Shown: piece by piece, positions 51,501-64,000 of the stretch | Position numbering within the stretch: position 1 is the first letter of the stretch | Layout of the letters: every line of letters begins with the position of its first letter | Source of the DNA: Balanoglossus misakiensis | Taxonomy: Eukaryota; Animalia; Hemichordata | Assembly (NCBI GenBank): GCA_040954595.2 | Contig: CM082595.2 | Span: 5,358,137 to 5,422,136 of the forward strand | Direction: 5' to 3' | DNA: 64,000 nucleotides | Program-made: the position numbers and the translations under genes | Notes under the pieces: generated by a model | The model's input: the letters and a program-made list of their open reading frames with translations, nothing else | Databases searched by the model: none | What the model was told of the DNA's origin: nothing

Positions 51501-54500
51501 CCAGATATCCTTGGCTACCCTCCTTTTGATAAAATCGCCACAGACCATACCCATTACACAGAGAGTCTCAATTGCCTGTGTGCATAAAGTACAACAGTAT
51601 TACTGTAAAACACTTTATTTTCGCGAGCAATAAATTTTCGCGAAATACGCGAGAGCCAAAATAGCGTGAAAATAAAAAGTCTCGTAAATTGTTTTAAGAT
51701 AACGATGCAGTGAATGAAATAAGAGAACGTGAAAATTAATACTCGTGAAACAGTTGCCTCTCTTGATATCGCGAAAATTTTAACTCGCGAAAATAAAGTG
51801 TTTTACAGTATGTCATAAACTACAGCAGTGAAAGAAATTAGGCTGTACACATGCGGCGAAAAATACGGTTTTGAAACATACAGACATGAACGAAAATGAC
51901 TTCTGCAAAGTTTTCAGGTTAAAAACCCACTAAAGAGACAAGGCCATGTATGTCAAAAAACACTACATCAAGTTCACAGTTCAGTCATTAATGACGTGTT
52001 ACCCGCAATCAATTCTGCTACTTCATAGCTATGGGATTCCATTCAATTCTGAAATCCCATTAGCAATCGTGATGTACATGACGACCGAAACTTGTCAATA
52101 GCTTTGAAGATCAGAAACCATCAACACATCTTTGAGTCAAAGCAATTGTCGGTAATGCCTCAGCAAACTTAACCTTGACTAAAAACTCCTGAAGACAAAA
52201 AAAATTGCCTTACTTTGATGGTAACCAGCTGTTCTTCGTCAATGAATCTATACACCATGGGCGGCCATAACTTATGTATCATGGGAAGTAATTCATCTGT
52301 GTTAATGACAAAATACATAATGTAAAAAATTATAAATTGAAACACTCTCTGGTGATTTTATCTTTGGCATAATCTAATAGGAACAATTTTATCATGATGA
52401 TAAGGAGAAAACATTTCTCAAAAATATCAACAAGCGTGATGAGTCTACCTCAATCCCCATTAAACATTGCGTTTTGGTTTGTGATAATTGATGTGTAAGG
52501 TATACATCCATCTATGCAATGGTAACCAATGTTACCATTAATTGAAAATTCAATTATAGCCAATCACAGATTTTCAGTGGGTGGCATGGTCGTTTGAAAA
52601 TTCAGACACAGTCTTTTGACCATACATAGGCATACGTACATATAAATAAGATGTGACTGTGTATATTTAAACAAGTACAGCAAAAAATCTTGTATTTATT
52701 TTTACCTTCTCTTGTCTGTAACACAATGACAGCATTCTTGATTGCTTCTAAAACCAGGAGTCTGAGTCTTGGGTTTTTAGAAGATAGAAAGTGCATACAA
52801 CGTTCCAACACCTGAAAATATTGTATTATGCTATTAAAAATGTAACTACTGCTTGACTCCAACGAATTAAAATATTAAATGAAAGAGCCTTGAGTTCACA
52901 TTTATCCAATGCTTAAAATTGTGAAATGACATGGTGGAACTGTATAAAAGGCAAAAACTAACCTCTAATACAGCTTTTATATGCATTGGAAGTTCTGGCT
53001 TTTTGTCAGCATCATACAAGTCAGTTTCAGGAGAATTAACATCTTCTGTAATATCATCACTATTATCACCATCGTCATCATCAGCTTCTCCTAAACCTGT
53101 GGCAATTTTCATATGTTTCTGATATTCTTCTACAAACTTCTTCACTGATCGTGACACAAATTCTGCGTCTTTGTTTACAGTCCTTTTTTCAGATGAGTCA
53201 AATCCACCATTTTCTGAACCATTCTGCTTGGTTTTGTCCTGTGTAGATAAATTTTTCAGACAAATAACTCAAAACTTTCCCGTATTCACTTTTTCCATAC
53301 ATGCTACTAGTGCAGACTATATTTCACTTTCCGGAAAGATCTGTGGTTACCATGCACATTTTTGAGAATCAAATTATCTCTGTGTATTTGAAATTCAAAA
53401 TGGCCGACACATCTTGTGTCAAATTCACTAAAAACGCCAAATGTGATAATTATCTTTTGTGGACATGAAGGTGAATATTCTTGTCATTTTTTTTTTTTGC
53501 TTTTTAAAATTGGTCTAAATTCGATGAACTGAATGAGAAAAGAAAGAAAAGAGATTTATGACTTTCATTTGTCATGCAACGAATTCTGCCGCAAAACATT
53601 TGTACTGCAATTGTGGAAAGACAGACTGTCATTTTGTAACTGATGACTATCTATAGACATGTCCATTACTGTCACTGGCACTATGAAAAATGAAATTCAT
53701 ATTAAAAAGTTGGATCTTTCAATGCAAATATTTGCAAAATCACTCAAAAAAGTGTCATTCCATTTACTGCTGTCATGGCTTACTTATATGGTGATACATG
53801 ATGTACGACATGAACATACATGAGTAACAGACAACATTCACTAACATTTTGCAGCTAAAACATAACTTCTCAACAACATGTACGCATTATGCAATCACGT
53901 CGGTGACAATATGTCCATCAAACAAGTTCAAATTATGTATTTTCAACATTGCGATTAAAAATTAATTTGCGTACACCGAACATAAATAAAACTGTCTGAT
54001 AGACAGCTTAGGAAATTGATTTCTCATATGTTCAAATTATGGCTTCTGCAGAATGGTGAATTGATAGCCAACCTATATTAGTCTGCCCAGCAGGTTGGTT
54101 CAGTATTTACTAAGTGAGCACCCATACAAATTTCTGTAATACGAGTCTACAGGATATATTTTCAGAAGCCAGCTATATATTACATATGATGACAAACAGA
54201 ACATTCTCATATTTCTAGTTTTGACCTTTGACTGAAAGAAAAAAAGTCACTGCGTATGGACTGAAAATTGACAAAACTTAACTCTGGCAATAAAAGTGAA
54301 TGTTTTTAGGCTTTTGAGGTTCATCATTAAAAATTGACATATGTCAAACTATTTTTTCAGTCGTGTCCAGGGGCGTGTATATATTAACACGTTCTGTGTA
54401 TGTCTACGATTCTGATTGTCATATTAACATCGGGAATGAAAAATTAATAAGTTTCCTTCTCCTGACAGATACACTGTACATATACAGTAGAGAAAGTCTA

Positions 54501-57500
54501 TTTGGGTGAAAAGTGTAGACTGCATAATTGTCACGATGCATTCTCCTTGCAGTGTATACTGAAAAACAGGAAATATTTCGCGAACAATACATTTTCGCAA
54601 ATATCTAAATGATATGATCTTCTGCAGAAATTAAGCGAATGGAAATATTCTTACCTTATCTGGAGGGTACCATCGTTTGATTGAACATACTAATTCATGT
54701 AACACAGACATGAATGAAGCAGCTCTTTCTTCGTAGCACTGGTCCAGTGTATCCAATATCTGGAATGCAAAGGATACTTTTTAGACAAATGATTCTGGGT
54801 TTTTGTTCTTATTCAAAAATTTTGTTTAGCAGAATTTTTCCAAATTTTACCATAGGGATTCATTCAAGGAATGTGGAGAAATACTTCTATGACAGAAACT
54901 GAATGTTTGTTGTCTATCATATCCCAGAATAAATCCCTGTGATTTCACTGCGGTTGTCACTTTGTATTAGAATGTTCACCACTGCAAATTATGTTAATGT
55001 TACTCTGCGTTACATGTTATTCTGTATTGCTTACTACATGTACATCATAGTAAACAATGCATTGTTACTTTTTATCACACTTTGATATAACGTGTGTTGG
55101 TTGGCATGGTCTCCCTAACTCTGGGAACAATGTCGATAGTGTGTTTACAGACAGAAAAGTCACACTTATGCAATCCTCACGTTTAACAGAAGTTGGCGTC
55201 AAATGATCAGGTTCTACTACACAGCAATTTGAACAGAGATGTTTAAGGTTTGGAATCAGCATGCACTCATTACAGATTACGATATGATTTCCTAGACAGC
55301 AGCCACATATGTGCAGGAACACCGTCTGGATGATGACACATTTTGACATTTTACAGGTTTCTGAAACCTGTATCCAACTCATGCTTACTTAACACTGCTT
55401 ATCAAAATTAATATCAAATGAAAGTGCTTTCCTGGAAATGGAGTATGACGAGCCATTCCTAAAAAGTATGCCATCATTATGTGTTTGCACTTACATAAGC
55501 ACTTCACAGGCCACTTCATTAAACAATGATGTGTTTAATTAAAAAAAACATCTAACAATTGACTATTCCCATCCCCTGTGCTATCAATATGGAGATTTCT
55601 TGACAATTTTGACTTCTCATTAAATTATTTTACTGCCTTTGAATAATATGATGGAATCACGACAATAGTAGAAGTGGGATTTCTGGCAATTTTCATTATC
55701 CTATAAGAAGAGACAAAAGTTCTTGCACATCACAACTTTATACGAACACAAACTGTACTTACTTCATCAATTATATCTTGCGTCAGTGGCAGAACATCGG
55801 CATTTCTGTAAAAAAATAAGTTTTTTTGGCATGAATTAATTAAACAGTGCAAAAACAAACTTCTATTTGTCACTCATGGTTCTAAAGCTTATCTTAAAAC
55901 ACATAGTTGTGATATGCAAATTGAATGAACACACACGAATTTAACATATTTATCTGACAGATGCAGCAATTTCACTTCAGGGATGAAATACTATCTTTAG
56001 AAAATAAATCAGTAATTTTGTTCACAAGGGACAAAATGGCCGTCAAACATCTTAATGCTGTTGTAGCAATGTCTTTATGTATTTTCCCCTTTTACAGTGT
56101 GTGATTTGCCTCTCGCTGTTTCTAAATAGCAACTTTTAAGAAATTTATTAAAGATGCATCAGTTTTGACATATCCAATATACAGCAACTTATTAGTCTGT
56201 TGGACTGAAATATCAACCAGACATGTAGTCAGGTTTAACCCAGGACATATCCTACGTGATATATCAATCATATACATTAATGGTTGAAACTAAGGTTGTA
56301 GGAACTCTACCAGAAGGCAAATACATGTGGGTATTTCTTAAATGAGTCACTTATATGATATCGTGTGGATTGAAAACACAAGTGAAATGTCAATCAGACA
56401 TTTCACCAGGCCAAAAACAGGATATTTATATATTTCGTGATATGTCATTTCTTAATTCACATGTTACTGGATGTACATATCATGTAACTTAAGACAACAG
56501 GAAACTAACCACAAGGAAAAATATGAACAAGTCATTCTCCGGTGATATTTGAGTCATGCACTTTGCCCGTTGCATCAAAGTTAATGCCCCAATAGCTAGC
56601 ATTTTTGCATTAGTTTCAATATTTTCCTTTAAAACTTAGTATGGTCCCTTTAAAAGAAGCTTAATGGTAGGTATACACAAACACATTATCAACCTCTGAT
56701 TGTGGCTGTGCATATAGATCTGAACAAGGTGAATAATAATCAGGTGCCACACTCATTTAATCAGCGACAAATTGCAAGGGTATCGTGGTATGCGCACACG
56801 GGTACTAGAATCACAACAAACTCAAAATGTCGTCTTCTGTAGACTAAGGATAATGAAAAGATTGAAATATGTTATTGATTAAGCATATGCTAAAAGTGGC
56901 ATTGATTGGAGCATTAATCAAAGCACAAGATTTCCCAGAATGCAACTGATCCCGCTTACCCATACTGCAACATGACTTTGAGCACATCAGGGCTCTTGGG
57001 ATTAAGATCCAAATGGCGTAAATTGAGTGATACGGCATCGACCAGGTAGTCAGAGTTTTCACAAATCAGCTGCTCGATGGACCTGAAATTTTGTGATGAA
57101 ACAAAACAGTGAGACGTAGCCATGAAAATAACCACTGCATGTTACCCTTTTATTTGAATGTTCCCCATTGCGGGTGTATAAATCACAGCATTGTAAACAC
57201 TTTGGCAAGAAAAGAATATTAAAGGGGTTATCGCACCGCTGGGTGTCCCCCTTGATGAAAAGATGTCCTCCCATACCAGCACAATCCCCAATGAAGTCGC
57301 CACGACCTACTAGGATCTTCAGTTGCTGCCATGCCCAGTCTACACTACAGTTGGCTGCTTCGTTCATTCTAAGAATGATCTTATTTGTTGTGGATGAATT
57401 GTAATGTTTATAAACAAACGTGGCACGATGACCATTTATACCAGAATCTTTGTACATATATTAGCTTTGACTGTTACAGACTTTTGCACAATTTTTGCAC

Positions 57501-60500
57501 ATTGACCCCATGACCTCACAACTCATCATGTACACCTGTCAAGCAGCAGGACAATACACATATAAAGACTTGACAAATTACCATTGATTTACAGTTTAAT
57601 TTATGACCAATTTATGCACAGTGTTTTACATCTACAAACTTTGCTGCACTTGTAGAAGAACTCTATTATCCAGACGAGTGTCTTGGGAACACCTTTTGAT
57701 GTGTTACAAACCAGGGTCATACCACCGCCAACTTTTATACATACTGATTTTCACAAACAACAGAAAATAAAGCATCTAACAGTACATGTACTCCATGCAG
57801 GTTATTATATTTTTACAGGAATTAGGGGGAGCTTGAAGAATAGAAAAGGGTCAAGTTTTAACACACAAGTTGTTGGTGATCCATTTGTACACAGTAAAAT
57901 GCATGCCATGAATTCTTCTGGTCCATCCCGCCTCTTTCAAATTAAACACAAATCTGCCATATACAAACGGAATTATGGAAATACTATGGGTGTAACGTAA
58001 ATGACTTTTTTACAGAGCAGACTGTCTTTGCATGTACTTACTGATAAGAACAACTTGCACAGATATCTAACAGCGATCCATAGGCTGTATCACTAAAATG
58101 AAAACAAGAAGACAGTTAGTGAATTAAAAATTGCTTCTGTCACATTAACTAAGGAAGTGATGAAGTTTCATAGCAGGGTCGTCGTTCAATGGAGACATGT
58201 TGAGGTTTGTCTTACAGCTTGTGATTGGTTGTTAACTTGATGATGGTTGTCTTACAGCTTGTGATTGGTTCTTACCTGATGATGGCCGTCTCATCGCCAA
58301 GTTTCTCCATGACTGGGTACAGAGCTTCTATCAACAAAATGTTGAAATTTGAACCCAGCACCTGGTGGGTGAAATAAAGGATTGTTAACAAAATACAAGA
58401 AAACATCTGTTCGCATTGTTACTTTTGTCTTACATATATTTTTATCTTACATATAAAAATCCAATGCCATTTTAGAACATATCAAATCTTGTGCTGAGTA
58501 TCCTACCTTAGCAAATGTCCCAATGCTTTCCAGTAGCAAGCATATCTGAAGTATGTTACTGTTCAATGTCCCCAATGAATGAGATTCTTTCTCGGGATCT
58601 GTGAGAAGTAGCCTATCAGAAACTGTCTTTCTTGTGGACATGAACTCTGATTGGTTGCTAGTGACAAGGTGCCAATATGGAGGCGAGATATATTCGGCAA
58701 GTAACGATCTGAAAGAAGAAAGGTGTTAAGGTGTCAAAGATTATAGTATTTAAACTTTGAAATTGGCGATTTATATCAGGAATGATGTATTGCACAAAGT
58801 TCATTTTATTAAATTTTAGAGACTTTGAAAGACTTTTTTTGAAAGAATTCTGTGCACGCTCAACAAGTGATGTCATTGACTCACCTAACAATGGATTCCA
58901 TGTTCCGATCTATCACTGCACCTGTCTGTGAGCTTTTGCTAATGGTTGTACCCATCAATATCTCGTTGATGACAAGTACAGCTTGTTTACGTTGTATGCT
59001 AGATTCCCGGAATTTCTCCATGAAGTTATCCACCAGCAGGTGCAAGTCACCTGGAAAACAACAATGGAATGATCCAATGTTACCAAATTCCGATAAAATA
59101 CTGGGAGACTCCAAAATGACAATATTATTGCCTTTGTGTACCCTGCTACTATCATCCAATTCACTCACTGAAGTATTTACATCTACCAATGTTGTAATAG
59201 CAGGGGATTAAATTCTACATGTAAATACAGGACAATATGCATAGTAAGGCAACATCACTATTTGCTGCCTGCCCAAGGCAACGAATAGTGATGTACTAAA
59301 CTATTTAAAAGTTAGAATTGTTATGTAAATGTATATTACCAAAAAAAAACAGACTTATAGTGACTGCTGTTCTGAGCAAGATATCACAAATGGATTTCAT
59401 GTCATTCCATCTGTCCAGAAGACAACTGAATTTCTAATCATGAAAGCAAAATTAATATGTCACAGTAAAAATTTTCATCCACAACCTGAGTCTACACTTT
59501 TGTTAAGTCACAGTGCCATGCCTACCGTGAGTTCCCAGTAACCGGCAAATCTGGACCAGGACCTGGTAGATTTTCTCATCCCGAAAGTGCTTAAAGTACT
59601 TCTGTCTTTTGAGATACGGCTGACCAACAAACTGAGATGATGTAGATGAGTGACCAGATGTGCTTGATAGTGACCGCTGACCTAATCATGTCAAGACAGT
59701 AAAATGCCAAAAGGTTGGTAAATTCAGACTCTTCTATGGTAAAGGGTGGGAACAATGCTGATGGTGTGTTTATAAATAAAAAATTTACACACGAGGAGTT
59801 GAGACAACAATCTCCCTTTAAGCTTCAGCTGTTTTGCTTTAAAGGGACAAAGTCTCTCTCTCTCGCTGTCCTTTTCCCATTAATTATGTTTGATACAAGA
59901 CACCATCTATGTTATTCTAAATGTGGATATATAGTGAATCAATGTTCAACCACTCACAACTTCCATCCCGTTTGTAGGATATGAGAGTAAAAATCTTTCC
60001 AAAATGAATAGATGGTAGAGACTGATTATTTATTTTGGCAATTTTTTTCACTCTCGTGTCTACAAGTGGGATGGAAGTTGTGTGTGGTCGAACGTTGATT
60101 CACTATATATCCACATGTAGAATAACATAAACGGTGTCTTGTATCAAACATAATTAATAAAAGTAGGGCAGCGAGAGAGAGAGAGAGACTTTGTCCCCTT
60201 AAGCTGTACCTGTTTTGGAACTCTTTTCTTCAACTATCTTGACATCACTGGTATCAAGTTCCAGGACTTGAATCAGTGCAATGGACAATCTCTTCAGGTG
60301 CGACACTGAATACAACAGCTTGTTCAGATTTTTACCTGCAGAAACGGAATAACAAATCAAATTTAGTACTATCGGGGCTTTAAACTATTTTTCAGATATT
60401 CCCCATTTATTTATTCTACATTCTGTGATGCTGGCTACGAAAAGAAAAGCTTTACTTGAAGGCCAGATTGGTGCAAAACACATTATGTGTGACCTCTTTC

Positions 60501-63463
60501 AATAAATTGGGTGTGTTTTCACTGGAGCTCAAAGTGTGAGAGAGAAAGTGCTAGACTTCCTGTCATCTCAATGGAATAATGAGGTGTCTGCCTATACTTG
60601 AAGACCGCAGAACTCGAGAAGACTTGTAACAGCGCCTTGATTGCCCTATTAACACTTGTTGGAGTACAGGAAGGGTTGGTTACTATGGGAAACTTAAGTT
60701 TACAGGTACATATGTCATGTCCGGATATTGAACTCTGGGGGATTATATGGTTGCTATCCCCTTTCACTACCCTGCTTTGGTACAACCCTATTGTTTCAGT
60801 GGTGTGGAACGGCCCAAGTATGTGAAAATTGGTGGGGGTGGGGTGGGGTAGACTCTCTCACAGCCCTTCGCGGCGCCTTCGCTTATGGCCTGATTGCATA
60901 AATATATAAATAATTATATAATTTGTGGCATTTCAAGACCTCAGGTCCAAATGCAAGGAGAACATCCAGTTCTCAAATAAAGTGATTCAACGCACAAATA
61001 CAAATTGAGAGCTAAATTCAGAATTACAGAGAAAGTTAAACAATATATGGTCTGATTGCACGTGTACACAACACCACACAGGACCTCTTCTTAGCTGAAT
61101 GGTTGAGGACACGTATCATGTAAAGAGCCTTGTAGCGAACCGTGGGCTGTGAGAGAGTCTAGGGATGGGGTTGTCAGAATATGCACAATACTGTAAAACA
61201 CTTTATTTTCGCGAGCAATAAATTTTCGCGAAATACACGAGAGCCATCAAAATAGTGTGAAAATAAAAAGTCGCATACATTTTTTTGAAGATAACGATGC
61301 AGTGAATGAAATAAGAGAACACGAAAACTAATACTCGCGAAACAGTGGCCTCTCTCGATATCGCGAAAATTTTGACTCGCGAAATAAAGTGTTTTACAGT
61401 ACATCGTGAATGGATGACCTCTCTGGCCAACAGTTCCACATAAGTGAAGGTTATTGAAATAATCTAGTATGTCTTGACATTTTGATGTCCCTGAAGTCCC
61501 ACACACAAGTAGGCTATCGGCAGATGTCTGTTCTGGATGGGAGAATCACGGCTCCTCAAAAACACTGAACAAAAACATCTTGACGATCGGATCTCACAAC
61601 TTCACAGAACATCCACCTACCTAGCAACTTGAGATAACCATGGACTAAGTTCAGCGTTGCCAACTTGTATGAGTCATCTGCGAAAGGAAAAGGGAAAAAA
61701 ATCTCAAGTCATTATACACTTGCATCGTGATGTGTGAAGGTTATAAAATTTGCTGCAAAAACTATTGACTTCGCCCCCAACACTGCGACGAAATTTGAAA
61801 ACTAATTTAAATAGGGGACACACTGTAAAATTTCTATTACTAAAAACTAGTTTTGAGAAAAAATTACGGAAACTGTACAAATTAATTAATTAATTAATTA
61901 ATTAATTAATTAATTAATTGCACCTTACCTGTTGTTCTCATCAGCCTTGGCAGTGACGTCATCAAAGAATGTAAATTTTCCTCCAGAATTTCCACCACAG
62001 TTTTGGCATCATGTTGCAAGTGCAAAGACGTAAACTTGTCTAGCGCTGTCTGACACGCATCAGCAACTTCTTGAAACTCGTCATTAACAAGTCCGACTAA
62101 TACCTCTAACATGGCTGGTACACTGTCTGTTAAGGAACTATAATAGACAAATTAGAAATGTCTGTTAATGAGCTATAATAGACAAATTAGAAATCTGTTA
62201 AAATGAGAAAATCGCTCTTTTAGGACATTGTTTGTGTTAGAAGCTATATATTTTTTATAGTAAACTAATAAATGTCCAGTTACTGTTTTTTTATAGTTGC
62301 CATACCAGAATCTTTATATCATTTTGCAAATTCCTTTTATGGTGTTGTATATATACCCTTGCAAACAGCTATCAGTTTATTTGAGTTTAATACCTCGTGT
62401 TAAATTTGATAATCACATCAGACCTTAGCTGATGGATTGAACAAAATAGTGAAATATAAATCATCAAAAGTTACAGCTATTGTCCCTTTAACCCTTTCAC
62501 CAAAATGGTTTGGTCCAAATCTATTGTTTTCCATGGTAAAGTTGGACCTCCATACAGTGAATTGAGGGTTAATAAAAGTGCATATGGTACCTTGTACAAT
62601 CCAATAACAACCTCTCCACAAAGTCCACCATTGCCAAGCGAATCTTCCAGTTGGGATTGCTCCTCAGTGGCACAATTTTTTCGATAAGAATTGTGAGTTT
62701 CTTGCCGGTGTTTTTCACCCAGTCCGAGTTCCTGGCCACTCGGAGTTCCCTAGCACGCTCCTCGGCCGCGGAAACTTTCGAATCTTTTCTGCTGGTGTCT
62801 GTCCGACCGGGAGGCTTGTCCTTATGGTCGGCCATCGCGCTGCTGGGCCCTGCTGCCGTTTCAGTTGACGACCATTCCAGACACACGTCACCCATGACCA
62901 TGGCGACAATTTTGGCCCATGTGGTAATTGCACTCTAGAAATGAAAGACATACTGATTCATTCTTTCTGGGAAAACAAGTGGCAAGATACATAAGGCTCA
63001 AGAAACGATGGAAACAACATAATTCTGGTACCATTTTTTTTTTAAATGAAAAAATTCCCTGTATGGCTGTTTGACTAAACTGACTGTCCTTAATAATGAT
63101 TTGCCCTTATCTGACAGGTAACGTTCAATTGAAATTATAGGTTTCTTTTATCGGAGATGAACTCTGTTGATGAAACTCTGACCATGAGTCATTTTGCGGA
63201 TCACAGCTCGGAAACTTTGAGCCAATCAGAGCAGAGTATTTTAGCCCAATCAGAGGCCGAGTTAATCGTCCAATGACGTGTCTTTCATCTTTTGAAATGT
63301 CTGTCCTGGCAGCAGTGTCCTATCACTGTACTTACAATGGTGACATTCTGGCCCTGTTTCGCATCTCCTGTGATCACTCGGCACAGGGACAGGGCAATGC
63401 CGGGTAAAAACGACGCCAATGTGTCGGAAATGACATTTCTGGTCACAGCCACTTCAATGGACA
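48535..63463 (-). CDS. TTI1: TELO2-interacting protein 1 (TTT complex HEAT-repeat protein), 5'-partial, 21 exons in window
   Basis: Phase-consistent exons 63463-63336, 62934-62591, 62137-61929, 61677-61621, 60335-60210, 59681-59526, 59050-58885, 58708-58507, 58361-58276, 58092-58042, 57082-56960, 55805-55763, 54759-54655, 53238-52963, 52811-52706, 52296-52214, 51575-51460, 50285-50198, 49752-49666, 49267-49142, 48609-48535. TTI1-like motifs: LASFLPGI..ITGDAKQG, DWVKNTGKKLTILI..HPNWK-like, LVGLVNDE, LEENLHSLMTSLPRLM, ENSDYLV, CGDFIKRRV, YLSARQP, NEYAKNIGLLL*. Confidence 0.95.
49426..49660. mobile_element. MITE family 2 fragment (TTI1 intron)
   Basis: Aligns with 43178-43420 and 44821-45040. 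Confidence 0.7.
51603..51808. mobile_element. MITE family 1 (TA TSD)
   Basis: ta-CTGTAAAACACTTTATTTTCGCGAG...CTCGCGAAAATAAAGTGTTTTACAG-ta. Confidence 0.93.
56581..56900. mobile_element. MITE family 2, 5' fragment (TTI1 intron)
   Basis: TTAATGCCCCAATAGCT..GGTATACACAAACACATTATCAACCTCTG.. matches 44260-44600. Confidence 0.7.
57219..57420. mobile_element. Interspersed repeat, copy 2 of 46186-46410
   Basis: Direct alignment by eye. Confidence 0.75.
59843..60198. mobile_element. Palindromic TTAA-flanked MITE (Kolobok/piggyBac-type TSD)
   Basis: ttaa-AGGGACAAAGTCTCTCTC...GAGAGAGACTTTGTCCCC-ttaa. The arms stay complementary for ~140 bp (TTTGATACAAGACACC / GGTGTCTTGTATCAAA; CACAACTTCCATCCC / GGGATGGAAGTTGTG). 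Confidence 0.9.
60849..61161. mobile_element. MITE with TAG..CTA ends and ~9-bp TSD
   Basis: TAGACTCTCTCACAGCCC ... GGGCTGTGAGAGAGTCTA. Flanks are GGGGTGGGG / GGGATGGGG. Confidence 0.8.
61191..61399. mobile_element. MITE family 1 (TA TSD)
   Basis: ta-CTGTAAAACACTTTATTT...AAATAAAGTGTTTTACAG-ta. Confidence 0.93.
61881..61919. repeat. (TTAA)n microsatellite
   Basis: Direct reading, next to a TTI1 donor site. Confidence 0.9.
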
Positions 63464-64000
63464 CTGAAATACACAAACATGAGAGTGAAGAAACGAAATT
63501 GTCAACACAACCAGGGGGGTAGGTTGAACCCTAATGCTACTGGGTGTCATACCAGTTTAGAGTGTCAAGTCCCTTAAAATATGTTTGTATTTGCCACTTT
63601 TTCTTCTAAAACATATTTTGACTGTCTTGACATGGCTCTCATACGTACTTAGACACACTTGGCAGTCTGAGCTCCCTGTAAAATGTACCAAATTGCACTG
63701 GTTTGCACTGTATTGGTTTGAGTGTCTAGTATAGGCCCTACTGAATAACACATACTTGGCAGTCTAACAGGCCTGGGAGCCAGGATTGTAGGCACCCTGG
63801 AAGTCAAATCAGTTTTAATGACTTGGTAGCGTTAGGGTTAATGGCTCTTTCAAACTAAGGGACTATTTTGTCGATTTGAGAAAGTGACTGACCACCCCCT
63901 CATTGAACATGGCAAACTGGGTAACCCCTCTCCATCCCCCATCACCCAATTCCAAAACAGGGTGACCTCCCTCATGAGTCCAGGTGGCCACTAACACAGG

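Noticed and set aside
57059-57457. 132-aa minus-strand ORF
   Set aside because: Lies in a TTI1 intron over an interspersed repeat whose other copy (46186-46410) differs by indels. No recognisable domain.

Overview
Eukaryotic (animal, intron-rich, AT-rich; invertebrate-like by repeat style, organism not determinable) genomic window. Genes I can reconstruct with phase-consistent GT-AG exons: (1) the 3' half of a voltage-gated K+ channel beta subunit (KCNAB/Hyperkinetic family, + strand, 685-4838/5103) followed by a long hairpin-rich putative 3'UTR; (2) a 3-exon PQ-loop membrane protein (- strand, 12598-10555); (3) a 4-exon secreted, probably GPI-anchored protein with a Cys-rich YCGGC module plus a SUEL/Gal_Lectin domain (+ strand, 13642-15410); (4) a 2-exon, 146-aa prepropeptide that I cannot assign to any family (- strand, 43508-36139), with a signal peptide, RNKR/RKR cleavage sites, an acidic Tyr-rich spacer and a cationic C-terminal peptide closed by a Cys-Cys ring; (5) the last 21 coding exons of TTI1 (- strand, 63463-48535). 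The centre (17.6-34.9 kb) is an 88-bp satellite organised as a ~16-kb mirror-symmetric fold-back (variant A - variant B | variant B - variant A) with 19-mer higher-order repeats. Many MITEs and microsatellites are present. Top leads are the orphan peptide precursor, the palindromic layered satellite, and the alternative or readthrough C-termini plus structured 3'UTR of the Kv-beta gene. No database searches were run; all calls come from manual reading.
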